A stretch of DNA of 64,000 nt. It comes from the human T2T-CHM13v2.0 reference genome, Homo sapiens. Location of the stretch: assembly GCF_009914755.1 (NCBI RefSeq), contig NC_060936.1; one strand, 5' to 3'. The first letter of the stretch is position 1. Each line of letters starts with the position of its first letter. A program made the translations under genes and the position numbers. Shown piece by piece: positions 1 through 29,356 of this stretch. The notes under the pieces were generated by a model. It did not search any database. It was not told the origin of the DNA and was given only the letters and a program-made list of their open reading frames with translations.

Positions 1-3998
<3,998 letters not shown>

Positions 3999-4180
3999 GC
4001 TGGGAGTGTCTTTTAGCATGCTAATTAGCATACATAATTATAATTAGCTATAATTAGCAGTGAGGACAACCAGAGGTCTCTTTTGTTGCCATCTTGGTTT
4101 TGGTGGGTTTTGGCCTGCTTCTTACCATGTTTTATCAGCAAGGTCTTTGTGACCTGCATCTTGTTGAAACGAGTCCTGCC
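3999..4180. mobile_element. ERV1 (MER4-group) LTR fragment
   Basis: gcagtgaggacaaccagaggtc...gccatcttggttttggtgggttttggcc...ttttatcagcaaggtcttt resembles MER4-group LTRs from memory; subfamily not resolved. Confidence 0.55.
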
Positions 4181-4238
4181 AAATTCCTATCAGGTTTACT
4201 GTAGTTAATGAGGCCAAAAAAAAAAAAGGACATTTTCA

Positions 4239-4652
<414 letters not shown>

Positions 4653-5873
4653 TTAACTCAAATCCTCTATTGCTTTCTAGGAACTTGTTTGACTAGATTA
4701 TATCGTATATCATTAGCAGGGTGACAGTTACCTACTAAATTTTGAAGTTATATGAATAATCTTTATTTTCAAGAATCTTATGAATTTTATATGTTCTGCA
4801 AAAACAGGTAAAACTTCATTCCTCTTTTACTCTATTTAAAAAAACTGTAATGGATGGATATATATAATTGCGTGTGTGTAAAAGTAATATTAATATATCA
4901 ATATCATGATCTTACTGGTATATGTTTTTCTAAGAGAATTTTTCTAAGAGAATTAGGTAAGCCTTTCCCCACTCTTTTAACATCTTAGTATAATAAAAAA
5001 TTGAGTGAGAGTATTCACACCCAGAGATACTGTCCAAAGTAGAAGAACTAGCTTCAAGACTGGGAACTGACTAGGGTGCTAATTAGAGCCCCTCTGTAGT
5101 CCTTTTATAGAAAATGGTAAACTCAGGCCATTGCCTATGAAAACATTGAAAAGAAGGGAAGGAGGAGAAGGGTTCTGGAGGAAGCAAGGAGGAAACTGCC
5201 AATGATGGTAGTCATTGTTCTGAAGTCAGTTTGGTGCCCAATCTAAGCTGATTTTCATTGAGAGCTAATGTCCATTTCCAGGTTTTGGAACTGAATGAAC
5301 AACTGGTATGTTTTCGTTAACCTGGGAGATTCTCTGTAGCCACAAAATGAGCATTGGAGAGGTCGAAAAAAGGAATAGAAAATTAAAAATCATATAACTC
5401 CCACTTGTAGAGAGCAGCTGTCATCATATAATGTCATGAATCCTCTCTGATTAGCTGGCAGCAGATGTGTTAGGTGCTTCTCTGCCTCTTGATTATAGCC
5501 CCTTTCTGTAAACTTCCGGGAAAATTATATTGGCGGCAATTGCGTGTATCACTGATACATGCAAAAGCCCTTATTTCAGGATATCCACTTTTTCAGATCT
5601 TTTGTCAATTGTCCATTTCTGGCATAGGTCCTGAGTCCCAGTGTAATTTATACTTTTTTTCGTTTGGAAAAGGGTTTTTTATTCTCACTCCTTGTTTTGA
5701 GTCTCAAAGCTAGTTGCTTACACTCAGTTCGTGCAAATGCTGTAGTGGCATATTTAGAAGATAGGCTTTGTGTGGACTTTTGGAAAAGTTTAATAGTTTA
5801 TGTCTGCATGTTTTTCTTTATCTAATCTCCCCTCAACCTGTCCCCAACAAATACATTAAGAAAATAATTTCTG

Positions 5874-6081
<208 letters not shown>

Positions 6082-6261
6082 TTAATTGATACAATTACAC
6101 AAATAGAATTTTATGGTAAACCTGAAAGGTGTGACTAATATGAAGTTTCAGATATTTGAAACCTTTTAAGTTTTAAAAAGTATTGAGCTCATCTCCTTTG
6201 AGCCTTTACTTAAACGGATCTTCTGGCCGTCTCTGGGCACCTTATTTAAAATTGGGAGCCC

Positions 6262-6888
<627 letters not shown>

Positions 6889-7239
6889 TTATAAAGTTGA
6901 GAGCATTATATACAGAGAAGGGTTCTTCATCACTTTTTTAGTCATTTGGTGAATCCCTTTAACATGAACGTGAACCTTCATGTTAACATTGTAAGAGCAG
7001 TGACTATACCTGTCTTGTTCTTTGCTGTCTCTCCAACACCTAGAAGAGTTCCTGGCTCATATTATTTGTTAAATTAATTGAATGAGTGAGTGACTGAAAT
7101 CCTGTTGAGTGCTAATTTTCAAAATACATATTTTAATGCCAGCTCAATATATAAAAACCTAGTTTACATAGAAACTTTATCACCTTCTTGCCCCTTTAAT
7201 ATTTTCTTTGCCTGGTTTCCATATTTTTCTGGAATAAGA

Positions 7240-9489
<2,250 letters not shown>

Positions 9490-9741
9490 ACTTCATTTCT
9501 TTAAAGTGAAATGAAACTAGTTGAGAGATCTAGCTCAGGAGTTAGACAGGCCTGGGTTCAAATGCTGCCTCTGCTAATTCACAGATTTGGGTGAGTCAGT
9601 TTCTCTCAGGCTGTTTATTTATAAAATCAGGATAATCAAAGGTCTCATTTCAGAAGTTATGAAGGATTAAATAGAGTAATGCTCATAAAATGATATATTT
9701 ACATATTCAGTACTCAATAAATGCTAGCTACAATTAAAAAA

Positions 9742-9768
<27 letters not shown>
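9742..9768. repeat. (TG)n microsatellite
   Basis: Pure gt repeat. Confidence 0.95.
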
Positions 9769-9772
<4 letters not shown>

Positions 9773-9932
9773 AAATGACTAAGTTGGAATTGGCCTTTTT
9801 TTTGTGGTTTCCATCATTCGAACTTATTTTATTGATACTCATTAGCGAATATAATTTTGTTGATTTTTTTGGTGCATTATGACACTTTTTGTTAGTGATT
9901 ACACAATGTTGATCATTTATTTATTTATTGTA

Positions 9933-10066
9933 CTAAATACTGCAACCTCTGAATTGCCAATTTTTACATGGTATTTCTGGCAGTGATGGGTGGCCCCGCT
10001 TTCTGATTACATAAAATGGTCCATCTAGTCCATGGTTTTCATATTCCTTTGTAATTCTACTTACTG
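9933..10066 (-). pseudogene. Fossil gene terminal coding exon: VSRITKEYENHGLDGPFYVIRKRGHPSLPEIPCKNWQFRGCSI*
   Basis: Acceptor ttttaaag|, phase 1, 43 open codons then TAG (9935-9933). AATAAA follows at 9929-9916 (overlapping copies) and at 9833-9828. Confidence 0.75.
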
Positions 10067-10158
10067 CTTTAAAATTCATTCAAATAAAAAGATCTAAGTT
10101 ACTTGCAGTGAGTGAGTGCCCAAATGCAACAGCAAGGAGAGCTGAGAACATAACTAAC

Positions 10159-10281
10159 CAATACTTTCGTGTTCAAAGAATAAATACTCTGAAACAGTGG
10201 GACAGAAGCTTGCTCCTTAGGGACTTTCTCAAAGTACCCTTGGTGGACATAAGGTTATCCTCACTCAACGGAAGGACATAT
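10159..10281 (-). pseudogene. Fossil exon, 123 nt, phase 1/1: MSFR*VRITLCPPRVL*ESP*GASFCPTVSEYLFFEHESI
   Basis: Acceptor ccccgacagcag| and donor G|gttagt. Each of the three stops is one C>T change from CGA or CAA. Confidence 0.7.
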
Positions 10282-10321
10282 CTGCTGTCGGGGGAGGACA
10301 CAGAATGACGATTTCATTTAC

Positions 10322-10393
10322 CTAGGATATTTTCCTTCTGTAAATGTCTGGAACAAGTTGTCACTGGACACCGTGATGTACAGTGTAGCCCTC
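10322..10393 (-). pseudogene. Fossil exon, 72 nt, phase 1/1: GLHCTSRCPVTTCSRHLQKENIL
   Basis: Acceptor tttattctaatag|, donor AG|gtaaat, no stops. Confidence 0.72.
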
Positions 10394-10551
10394 CTATTAG
10401 AATAAATAAATTATGTGGTTGGACTGGAATGCTACAGGCACACTATGACTGGAAGTGGAAGGAGAGAGAATGTTTATTTAAAATACAGCACACATAAATA
10501 ATAAATAAAAGTTTAAAACTTAATCAGCAACAGCAACAGGACCAGCCTCCC

Positions 10552-10594
10552 CTGTTCCATTTATGGTTCTTTTCAGGAACACCTGTATCTTTTC
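10552..10594 (-). pseudogene. Fossil exon, phase 0/1: EKIQVFLKRTINGT
   Basis: Acceptor tttttatccttag|. Donor is degenerate (G|gggagg), with a same-phase alternative G|gtcctg at 10543. Confidence 0.5.
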
Positions 10595-10844
10595 CTAAGG
10601 ATAAAAAGTGGCACAAGGAGACAAAAGGCTTTGGAAGGAAAGAAAATACTTTGTTGTGACTTTGTGCTTTTCTGAAACAAGAAGGCAAAACATGTGGGCA
10701 TTGAATGGCTGCAATAAAAGACTGCACAGTGTCCACACATTGGCAAGCCTCAGGTTTCAGAGGAAGCACTGGAGCCAGCAGAATGCCAAAGCCTTGTTTC
10801 TCCCTTGAACCAGTTTGGTGTTACGCCTGGTTGTGCTTCTCCCG

Positions 10845-10958
10845 CTTTACTTTTACTGTTGATAAATTTCTTAATAAGCTTTTTCCCTATCCCTTTTCCC
10901 TTTAATCCTATCGTTAAAGGTGTCTTGGGTCTGGTCTTAAATCAATTTGGTTATGACA
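10845..10958 (-). pseudogene. Fossil exon, phase 2 start: VITKLI*DQTQDTFNDRIKGKRDRE(frameshift)KLIKKFINSKSK
   Basis: Acceptor ttttttctgggacctag|; phase matches the upstream exon; 3' boundary uncertain. Confidence 0.6.
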
Positions 10959-10983
10959 CTAGGTCCCAGAAAAAAAGCTGCTA

Positions 10984-11553
<570 letters not shown>

Positions 11554-11782
11554 TCATTGAGGCAGAGTAGTGAAGGTCTTGAAGAAGCTGGGACACCCAT
11601 AAAAGAAAGAAAAGCCCTCTGCTCAGGAAATCCATGTCAGCTACACGTGGCTGAGCACGGAGGCTCTTTATGCTCCCTATACGATGAGCGAGGCGAGGTG
11701 TCCAACCGCACCCAGATGTGTTACTGGGCAGCCTGGCCCAGGCCTTTTTAAAGATGTTTGATAAAGCTCATGTAGCAACTAC

Positions 11783-11864
11783 CAGAGCTTCACTACACGG
11801 ATATCCGTGGTATTCATTGAGTAAAACCAGCAGATTTCACATAAGCAGATGTTTTTATTTGTTC
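11783..11864 (-). pseudogene. Fossil exon, 82 nt, phase 2/0: NK*KHLLM*NLLVLLNEYHGYPCSEAL
   Basis: Acceptor ctttctaagactttag|, donor CTG|gtagtt; phases match both neighbours. Confidence 0.68.
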
Positions 11865-12023
11865 CTAAAGTCTTAGAAAGTAATGTTATATTAACATGTA
11901 ATATGAATTCCCTGTTACTCTTTGGATGGTTTGCATTTGACCAGTGTCTTTTCATTTTTAGTAAAAGCAAAATTTTTTCTAGACATAATCCTGCTATTGA
12001 TGTTGAATACTATTTCATCTTAC

Positions 12024-12119
12024 CCTGCATACCACACAATACCACTGATACATTGTATATACCACTGATAACATTCTTGGCCACTGGGAAAATTATTTTT
12101 TTACATTGTTATTGGTCTC
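12024..12119 (-). pseudogene. Fossil exon, 96 nt, phase 2/2: RPITM*KNNFPSGQECYQWYIQCISGIVWYAG
   Basis: Acceptor cctacaacacag|, strong donor AGG|gtaaga. Confidence 0.7.
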
Positions 12120-12152
12120 CTGTGTTGTAGGTAGGACTATGCAGGAATGGAT

Positions 12153-12442
12153 CTTTTCTTTGAGACAGAGTCTTGCTCTGTCACCCAGGCTGGAGTGCAG
12201 TGGCGCAATCTCAGCTCACTGCAGGCTCTACTCTCGGGTTCAAGCGATTCTTCTGCCTCAGCCTCCTGAGTAGCTGGGGCTACAGGCATACGCCATCATG
12301 TCCGGGTAATTTCTATAGTTTTAGTAGAGACTGGGTTTCGCTGTGTTGGCCAGTCTGGTCTCAAACTCTTGACTTCAAGTGATCCATCTGCCTGGGCCTC
12401 CCAAAGTGCTGGGATTATAGGCGTGAGCCACCGCGTCTGGCC
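12153..12442 (-). mobile_element. Alu inside a fossil-gene intron
   Basis: Reverse Alu with TSD aggaatgg(a/t)tctt. Confidence 0.95.
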
Positions 12443-12495
12443 AGGAATGGTTCTTGAACCATTTCTTCCCATCTTAGAAAATACTGACTTCTCAC

Positions 12496-12591
12496 TTGCC
12501 TTATTGAAATGGTTTGGAGAGGTATAGCATCTAACAATACTGCACTTCCATAGAGCGGACTTGGGATAACAGTTAACTCCTAAGACATCAG
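12496..12591 (-). pseudogene. Fossil exon; best reading LMS*ELTVIPSPLYGSAVLLDAIPLQTISIR if the GC donor AAG|gcaagt at 12500 is used
   Basis: Strong acceptor tttacctttgtcatcttcag|; donor is either GC (12500) or GT (12496); frame ambiguous. Confidence 0.6.
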
Positions 12592-12652
12592 CTGAAGATG
12601 ACAAAGGTAAAAATATCTGCCGTTAAGATAAAGTTGAAAACTCTGTACTTAC

Positions 12653-12761
12653 TGTACTTTATTCAAAATGTTAGCCTTCTCTTAGCAGATTCTTCAATAA
12701 GCTTGCTTTTAGGTTTCAACTGCCTTGAGCAGTTGAAATTAGGAGAGGTATGTGAATGTAT
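12653..12761 (-). pseudogene. Fossil exon, 109 nt (frame ambiguous)
   Basis: Acceptor ccacttacttacag| and near-consensus donor ACA|gtaagt. Confidence 0.55.
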
Positions 12762-12799
12762 CTGTAAGTAAGTGGACACAGGAGGATGCTTTTAGTTGT

Positions 12800-17430
<4,631 letters not shown>

Positions 17431-17506
17431 CATAGTAGGGTGCTTTTAGACATAGGCACAGTAACAGGAGTTATGTCTGACAATCTGACATCAAGAATAG
17501 AAAAAT

Positions 17507-19129
<1,623 letters not shown>

Positions 19130-19212
19130 CTACCAAATTGTGTAATGAATATATTTGAAATGGTGATTGATATTATTAATAGATATGTTTGACTTATTAG
19201 AATATCATTTAC

Positions 19213-19340
19213 CAACATTTAGCAAAATCGAGATAGAATAGCAAGGGTCATTGATGAGTAAGTTCCATGCAGATATGTACCTTCCTGTAACATTTACCAG
19301 ATGGAGACTTTTGGGTGTGTGCCAAAAGTGATGAATTAAC
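19213..19340 (-). pseudogene. Fossil exon: LIHHFWHTPKSLHLVNVTGRYISAWNLLINDPCYSISILLNV
   Basis: 42 open codons, donor G|gtaaat (phase 1), 83-nt intron to the next exon; acceptor degenerate (ttctttcacgg). Confidence 0.62.
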
Positions 19341-20135
19341 CGTGAAAGAATGTGAGACAAATGAAGTGTGAAGGTAGTTCAAAGGTCCTTAAAGAGACAG
19401 AACAGCCCACTCTTGCCTTCATAAGATTTGCTAGAGAAAGAAGTAGGTGCCTAGTAAAGTATTTAGGGAAATCTCAGTCTGGCTAGTCCTTACAAGAAAG
19501 AAATCCTTTGAAAGGAATACAATATTCATAATGTGACTGTTTTAAAATAAATTTTTATATGTTTAATATTTGTAAAAAGTCCTCATTGAGATTTTCCTCT
19601 CTTCATCTTATTTTGCCATTTCTGTGGTATAAAATAGGTTTTTAGGAAATTTGACTTTGATTTACTCGTGGACCATTGCTTAGGAATGATTAGGTTGCAA
19701 ATTGGGGATTGTCTGTAAGACAATGGCTTTTTATTTGGGTGAGGACTGAAGAACACATCTCATGATAGGATTATTGAATAAAATCTGTTGTTTCTGTGAA
19801 TGCTGAAAATGGCAGTTGGAAAACATATTTATTGCATTTCATCAATGGGCCTCTGTGCATTGGCTATTTTGAAATTGAATTTACACATTTCAAATGGTCA
19901 TATAAGCAGTCATTTTGTGGAATGAAGCATAATTCAAGACTGGGAGTTGGGCTATACTGCAAGTTATGAATAAGATACACACTATTTCCAAGGGCCTAAA
20001 ATTTCTTTGTTAAACACAGATTCAAAATAACTGTAAGGACCTTCTACCTATGGAACAAATTTGCAAGAAAAGTCCAAAGACTGGAATTTTATTTAAAATT
20101 CCTTCATTTGTAGCTAATTTAAAAATGTTACTTTG

Positions 20136-20420
20136 GACTGGGTGCTGTGACTCACACCTGTAATCCCAGCACTTTGTGAGGCCAAGGTGGGCAGATTGTT
20201 TAAGTCCAGGACTTCGAGACCAGCCTTGGCAACTGGAGAAACCCCGTCTCTACTAAAAATACAAAAAGTTAGCCCGGTGTGTAGTCCCAGCTACTCAGGA
20301 GACTGAGGTGGGAGAATCACCTGACCCTAGAAGGTCAGGGCTGTAGTGAGCCAGAGATCAGGCGACTGCACTCCAGCCTGGGCAACTGCGGTGAGACCTT
20401 GTCTCAAAAAATAAAAATAA
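20136..20420 (+). mobile_element. Alu (AluJ-like)
   Basis: Alu dimer, TSD aaaatgttacttt. Confidence 0.92.
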
Positions 20421-20551
20421 AATGTTACTTTGTTTTGTGGACCAAGGGAAACATGCCTGTGGGCTAGTTCGAATGGCCTAGACAAGGTAGGGTAGAAAAA
20501 GTAATGTCTTTTTTTTAACCCCACTCATTACAAGGTTCATGGCTGGTGCAC

Positions 20552-20970
20552 TGCTAGGGTCTGAGTGTTTGTGTCGCCCAGCCCCCACCCTCACCCCCTC
20601 AACATTTATATGTTGAAACCTGAAGCCCAATGTAACAGTAACTAAGAGGCGGAGGCTTCAGTATGATGAATACGGGGGTTATGTCTAATGGCAGTACACA
20701 CGGTCGAGGGGTACTTAGCAAGGCCTGTTTGTTCAGATTCTTTTCTGTGTCCCTGTGTCTACAGAGATAAAGACATTCCTTTCCTCCGGGTATAGGAACA
20801 GTTCCTGAAATGAGGCTGTTAAGACCTACATCAGGGAAAGGTCAGTTAGGTTTTATGGTCTGCTTCAGGGAAGAAGAGGCATGGAAACAGGAAACAAACT
20901 TCCTGCTTTTGCTGTTTCCTCAAGTGCCAGCGTGCCATATTTTGGAGTAGCATGTCCTGAGCCCTATCAA
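20552..20970. mobile_element. MST/MLT1A LTR 5' piece (~20552-20660) joined to a MER31/MER67-like ERV1 LTR piece
   Basis: tgctagggtctgagtgtttgtgtc...tatatgttgaaacc start; gccatattttggagtagcatgtcctgagccctatca end. Confidence 0.55.
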
Positions 20971-22598
20971 CAGCATGCGCGTGATTCTGAGGAGAAACAG
21001 GACACAATACCTTGTTCTACAAGCTTAAAAGTGATAATGCCTAGAGCGCGTAGAGATACCAAAGACCTGCAGTGGGGACACTGAGGAACAGCGCGTACAG
21101 GAAGTGATGTTGATCTGGTTCCTGGAGCACAGGTAGGATTTAGCAGTGGTGCAATGAGGGGCATGCATCCTGCCCAGAGCCGGAAGCACAGTCCAGTTAT
21201 TGTGAGCAGCAGACAGTTCAGTGTGTTAGCAGCCTTGGGCTGTGGAAATGTTCCAGGTAACAAAAGGATAAGGCAAAGCTGTCCCTTTATTTTGTTTGAG
21301 TCCCTATATACACACAAAACCCCCCAAAATAAATCATATAGGTTAAAGGAAACTATGAAAATACAAAGCTGTGAGAAAGCTTCTTTAAGGCATGTCTCCT
21401 AGCTCATCCAGACCGATGACTCCTTTGAGAAAATTTTTCTGTGTAGTGGAGCTGCCACTATTTTATAGGTAGTCACCCATTTTATCTGGGGAGTCATTAG
21501 GCTGAAAATAAAACCCTTGCTTGTACCCCTTACCTTAAAAAGGATATTGGCTTAGGATTGGACAAATTTAAATCTTTGGTCCCTTAAATTTTGTTATTCC
21601 TTCACTGGACTTTCATGTTTTAGAACCATTTTTACATTTCTCAGTGAGTAGTTTATGGGGTGTGGTTGGTTGACTCAAATAGAGGCTACTAAACTTATTC
21701 TTTTAACCTTTAACCTTTCCAGAGTTAAAATTTACTGTCATTCTTTTTAAACATTAGATTCCCGACTTAAGGTGACACAGTTATAATATTTACAGTATCA
21801 TGTTGTATTAAATGAGATGGCCCATTTGTAATATATGAGATAACCTGATACAACTCAGAATTAAATGTACAACTGAAAGGTTTAGCATTCTAGTCCTGAG
21901 CCATCCAAATTCGCTCAGTGACACAGGTCAGATCACTTATGCTGAATGACTTGCTTTGTTATTTGCCTAAATTAGAGAAGTGTAACTTGGTTAAATACGT
22001 GATAGGGCAAGGTTTGAAACATACAAACAAAAATGCTGTCCCTCCCTTCAGTACACCGTGTCTGATTTGTTCACTTGAGTCCTTAGCATCTACTACAGTG
22101 CTTCACACATAGCAGGCACTCAAATATTTGTTGGTTGAAATATATGTAAGAGAGAAGTACACCTATTTTTTCTGTGGTCATTATTAGAGGCAGAAGGTGT
22201 ATATTTTCACTGTTTGTTTTTGTGTCTGTGTTGGGGAAGGAACAAACCCTAAAACCTTTACCCATTACAGAAGGAAAGAACATTGGTACAAGACGAACTG
22301 TTCAGCAAGAATAGATTTGAATGTCTGATCTGTCCCCAAGTCTTCAGATGCTGCAGATGTTAACCATGGCCTCTTGGATGCCCTCACTTGCTCATTCATT
22401 CACTTTGATTGATTCATAAGATGAGCTTGAGTTCATGCCAGCAAGTAAGCCATGATCTTAGAGGGAAAATGACTGGAAGCAGATCACAGTGCAATATGGT
22501 GTTAGAGGTATTAGGATGGATAGATGTAGAAAGTACAGTGGGAGTACAAAGAAGGGAAGGGAGCCATCATTTTTGTCTGAGCAAATGGAGCAGAGTCA

Positions 22599-23149
<551 letters not shown>

Positions 23150-23329
23150 TTAGAACATGAATACATTAAATAATAAATAAAACCTTCGTTCCACTAAGTG
23201 AACTAAATGTTGTATTTTTATGTAACTTAATCATCTTCATAATGCTCTTGGAGAGATAGACAGTATTAACATTTATAGACTGAGAAACTGAGATATCAAA
23301 GTCAGGTAATTACACGAGATGTGGTTCCT

Positions 23330-25290
<1,961 letters not shown>

Positions 25291-25309
25291 AAGTGTGACA
25301 CATCTACAA

Positions 25310-25545
25310 GGACTAGACTTCGCTTATAATTTGGGTGAAGCTTTGCAAAGAGCAAAAGTTCTTATTGAGGTCTTGCCTATCTCCTTTAACCTTAAATTGC
25401 ATTTTTTTGGTCAGTCCTTCTATCTAATTAATTTTCTTTTTGTTTGTTTTGTCCTTAACTACTATAGTGATGAATATATTTACCTGTGGGTATTGATTCT
25501 CATATCAATGGTTATGCACATTATTATTAGACAGCTCGTGATATG
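25310..25545 (-). pseudogene. Probable fossil exon: YHELSNNNVHNH*YENQYPQVNIFITIVVKDKTNKKKIN*IEGLTKKMQFKVKGDRQDLNKNFCSLQSFTQIISEV
   Basis: ~75-codon frame with two stops in unique sequence; boundaries uncertain. Confidence 0.45.
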
Positions 25546-25872
25546 TTACATAAATGTTATATGTAGTACTTTTTAAGGTATAAGTAGTAAAGCCATATGT
25601 TTCTACAACAACATAAAATGCAAAGATGTTAGACCCTGCTTAAAAGTCCCATGTGTCTGCCTGTGATCCTCATGATTATGGATTGCATGGAGTCTGTAAT
25701 CATATCAGAGTGCCCAATAGAACTAGACTATCACAAAATTTATGATTCTCTGATTTTAAAATTATATCAAAGAGATCACCATTAGTGATTTAGTTTCTTT
25801 TGTGTTTGTTATTCCTTAGAAAGGTCTTTTTTTTCTTTGAAAAATGCATGAGGTTTGAAAGTTACTACTTAA

Positions 25873-26084
25873 GGCCGGGCTCGATGGCTCACACCTGTAA
25901 TCCCAGGAGGGATTTGGAAGGCCGAGGCGGGTGGATCACCCGAGGTCAGGAGTTCAAGACCAGCCTGGCCAACATGGCGAAACCCCGTCTCTACTAAAAA
26001 CACAAAAAATTAGCCGGGTATAGTGGCAGTGCTGAGATCACTCCATTGCACTCCAGCCTGGGCAACAAAAGCGAAACTCCATCT

Positions 26085-26117
<33 letters not shown>
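25873..26117 (+). mobile_element. Alu with a right-arm deletion and long A-tail
   Basis: TSD aagttactacttaag. Confidence 0.92.
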
Positions 26118-26121
<4 letters not shown>

Positions 26122-26179
26122 GTTACTACTTAAGATCATGCTGATATTCTAAAGATAACAATAACAGAGTTTCCTACCT

Positions 26180-26480
26180 GCCCGAGCTATGTTCCCGTGG
26201 AGATCCTTCTTCAAAAACAAGTCACTTTGTTGGACAATAGAACTTCCTGAATGTTTTTTATTCTATGCGCTTACCCTAATTTATAGGAAGCTACGTAAAT
26301 GTGGACACTCTGTGAACAATTGTTTAATGACTCCCAAGGTTCTGACTGATTAAAAAGCATGCTGACTTTAAAGTTCTTTTTCTTCTTTACATTTCCTTTT
26401 GTTAAGTCTATTCTACTGAAGTAACTCTTCTGGAAGCCATCCTGTTTCACTATTATTTTTCAGTGATTTGGGAAACAGTT
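26180..26480 (-). pseudogene. Two probable fossil exons: LFPKSLKNNSETGWLPEELLQ*NRLNKRKCKEEKEL and AHRIKNIQEVLLSNK(frameshift)DLFLKKDLHGNIARA
   Basis: Acceptor cctataaattag| (~26276) and strong donor CAG|gtagga (~26179); protein-like frames. Confidence 0.45.
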
Positions 26481-26959
26481 GTATAGGAAAAAAATTTATG
26501 TCTTTGCCTGTGGTACATAGAAATTTTTGTGGAATTCTCATTGCCAGTAAGTACCAGACAGAATTCAGATATCATCTCTCAATCGTAATGAATCTAGTGG
26601 TCAGTGTTGCAGCCATCAGTGGGCAGATAACTGTTCCTCCAAAAGCAAGTTAATGCATTCATTTGTCTATGAATGAATTTTTGATAGACAATATTTAAAT
26701 ATTGGTAGACAAGTAGGAAGCTACTGAAGAAGTGATTAATCTGAGTGTAGGTATATCAATTTGTAAATGCAGTTACACTGCAAAGTAATACAACTGGCTG
26801 AATTGGTTAGATTTACACAAAAAGTAAAGCTTCAGTGATCACATGGTAGGTGAATGATTTTATTTGAGCATTCTCCTTGCTTTGAATTCTAGTCTACTGT
26901 TGTCCTTTGAACCCTATGACTCTTAATAGCCAAGAGTGTATTATGGTAAAGAATAAGTG

Positions 26960-27780
<821 letters not shown>

Positions 27781-28149
27781 TAATTTATCATTAGTCCTGG
27801 ATAAGAACTCCAGTTTGGCTGATAAATTTTGTGTGCTCATCCTACAGAGAAGCAAAATGGTGTTCAGACAGATAATTAACTTGCCCAACTTGCTTAGAAG
27901 AAGCCTAACTTGGGCTCATTGTTTCAGGCTTTCAAAAACTTTTTTCTATAATTATTATCATACTTTATTTTTTAGATTTTCATTTATCTCATTCTTTAGA
28001 TTGAGGAGGGAAGGCTCACACCTGTTGTATTTACTAATCCACACCCAGTACCTAACTGAACAACTGATGTATAGAGTTCATTAAATATTTGTTGAATGAA
28101 TGGATCAAAACTATCTTTATATTAGGAGTCTGATTTGCATCTAAAAATA

Positions 28150-28249
28150 TTTTAGGTGGTGTTATTTATTTCCTTCTCATCAAGAATAATTCCACGGTTT
28201 TCTTTGTAAGTGGACTCTTGCCACCAGGGAAAGATTGTGGACTCGATTT
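28150..28249 (-). pseudogene. Probable fossil exon: IESTIFPWWQESTYKENRGIILDEKEINNTT
   Basis: Acceptor cactcacag| after an 84-nt T-rich intron; frame needs one frameshift in the preceding exon. Confidence 0.5.
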
Positions 28250-28333
28250 CTGTGAGTGTTTAGCTGTTAATAAAAAGCCCCAACTGAAGATAAAATGTGA
28301 AATGATTAAAAAAAAAAAGGTTTATTTCCTAAC

Positions 28334-28623
28334 CTGGTAGCCAGTTATTAAATTCCTGATAGCATTGAGGAGAAATAGGCACACTGATAACGAGACATGA
28401 GAGACAAGTTCTCTGTGTTCCAGGAGCAGAGCAATGTTCTTTTCTCTAACATTCACACTGGATGAGTAATATGGGAGTGACTTGAAGGAATGAGCATTTG
28501 TACCGCATGCAAGGGTTTTTACTCTTTCTAGTACCTTCATTAAGGGATTAGCCTTTCGTTCTTTGAAATGCAAAATCTCAGTTGCCCAAAAAGCAGAGTG
28601 GAAATGAGCAGCATCCTCTCTTC
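28334..28623 (-). pseudogene. Fossil exon, 290 nt, phase 1 start: REDAAHFHSAFWATEILHFKERKANPLMKVLERVKTLACGTNAHSFKSLPYYSSSVNVREKNIALLLEHRELVSHVSLSV...
   Basis: Acceptor ccacttctcttaag|, donor CAG|gttagg, 96 stop-free codons (overlaps ORF 28322..28573). Confidence 0.7.
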
Positions 28624-29196
28624 CTTAAGAGAAGTGGTCTTTCTTCTGTCACTTAAGACATTTTCCTATAGTTGAGGATTTTATAGCAAAGAGAATTTTT
28701 TAAACCAAGTTACTGGTTAAAAACTTTTTGTTGTTGTTGTTGGTCTTAATTTCATAGGCACATAGGTTAGGGCCAATCACTAGTCTTTTCTAAGCTTTTA
28801 TTTTTTAAAAATCGCTAATGCTTTAAAATACTGTCAATGTGATAGGTCCCAGCTGCTGATTCCTTCATACTAAATGATTGTTTTAAGTAAGTTTTGATTC
28901 CTGTTTGTCTTTGATTGTAGTAGTTTTGTTTTACTTTTAAAAATTAAATTCAATAGGATCATAAAGCATGCTTTTGACCAAATATTTTGCTGGTATCTTA
29001 AATTGACCGCAGTACAATTTAGAGTCTCAGAACATTTTCTTTTAAGTTGCCTTTTTTCATCCTCAGTGTTCTTGTTCTGACAGTGTATCCTGTGATTTTT
29101 AAATTTTTCTTCCTTTCTGGGTGAAGTGACAGAATTTTAAAGTGTTTTTTGAAACATCTGGTGATCTAAATACAGTTTGGGGGAGCTTTGACCTAC

Positions 29197-29356
29197 TTAG
29201 AATGGTTCTTTGTGCCAGAGAGCATGTTTATTCCCAAGGTAACTCTGCTATGGAATTGCCCATGTGAATGCATTGAGACTTGCAACTTGCCAGATCTTTT
29301 ATTATACAAACACAATGAAGCAGCAGGCAGCCAAGAAGAAACGAGGAAGATTGCAT
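29197..29356 (-). pseudogene. Candidate first coding exon with a signal-peptide-like N-terminus: MQSSSFLLGCLLLHCVCIIKDLASCKSQCIHMGNSIAELPWE*TCSLAQRTIL
   Basis: acaATG (A at -3), hydrophobic core FLLGCLLLHCVCII, donor A|gtaggt in phase 1 matching the 290-nt exon. Confidence 0.6.

Noticed and set aside
6959-6986. 10-bp-arm hairpins here and at 12714-12738
   Set aside because: Expected by chance in 64 kb of AT-rich DNA
12041-12075. Apparent 20-nt tandem duplication (ataccactgata twice) as a frameshifting lesion
   Set aside because: The 96-nt exon keeps phase 2/2 with both copies present, so no duplication needs to be invoked
12496-12761. Reading frame with many TAA/TAG codons suggesting a reassigned genetic code
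   Set aside because: The DNA is primate and TGA stops occur too. Wrong frame choice or C>T decay explains it.
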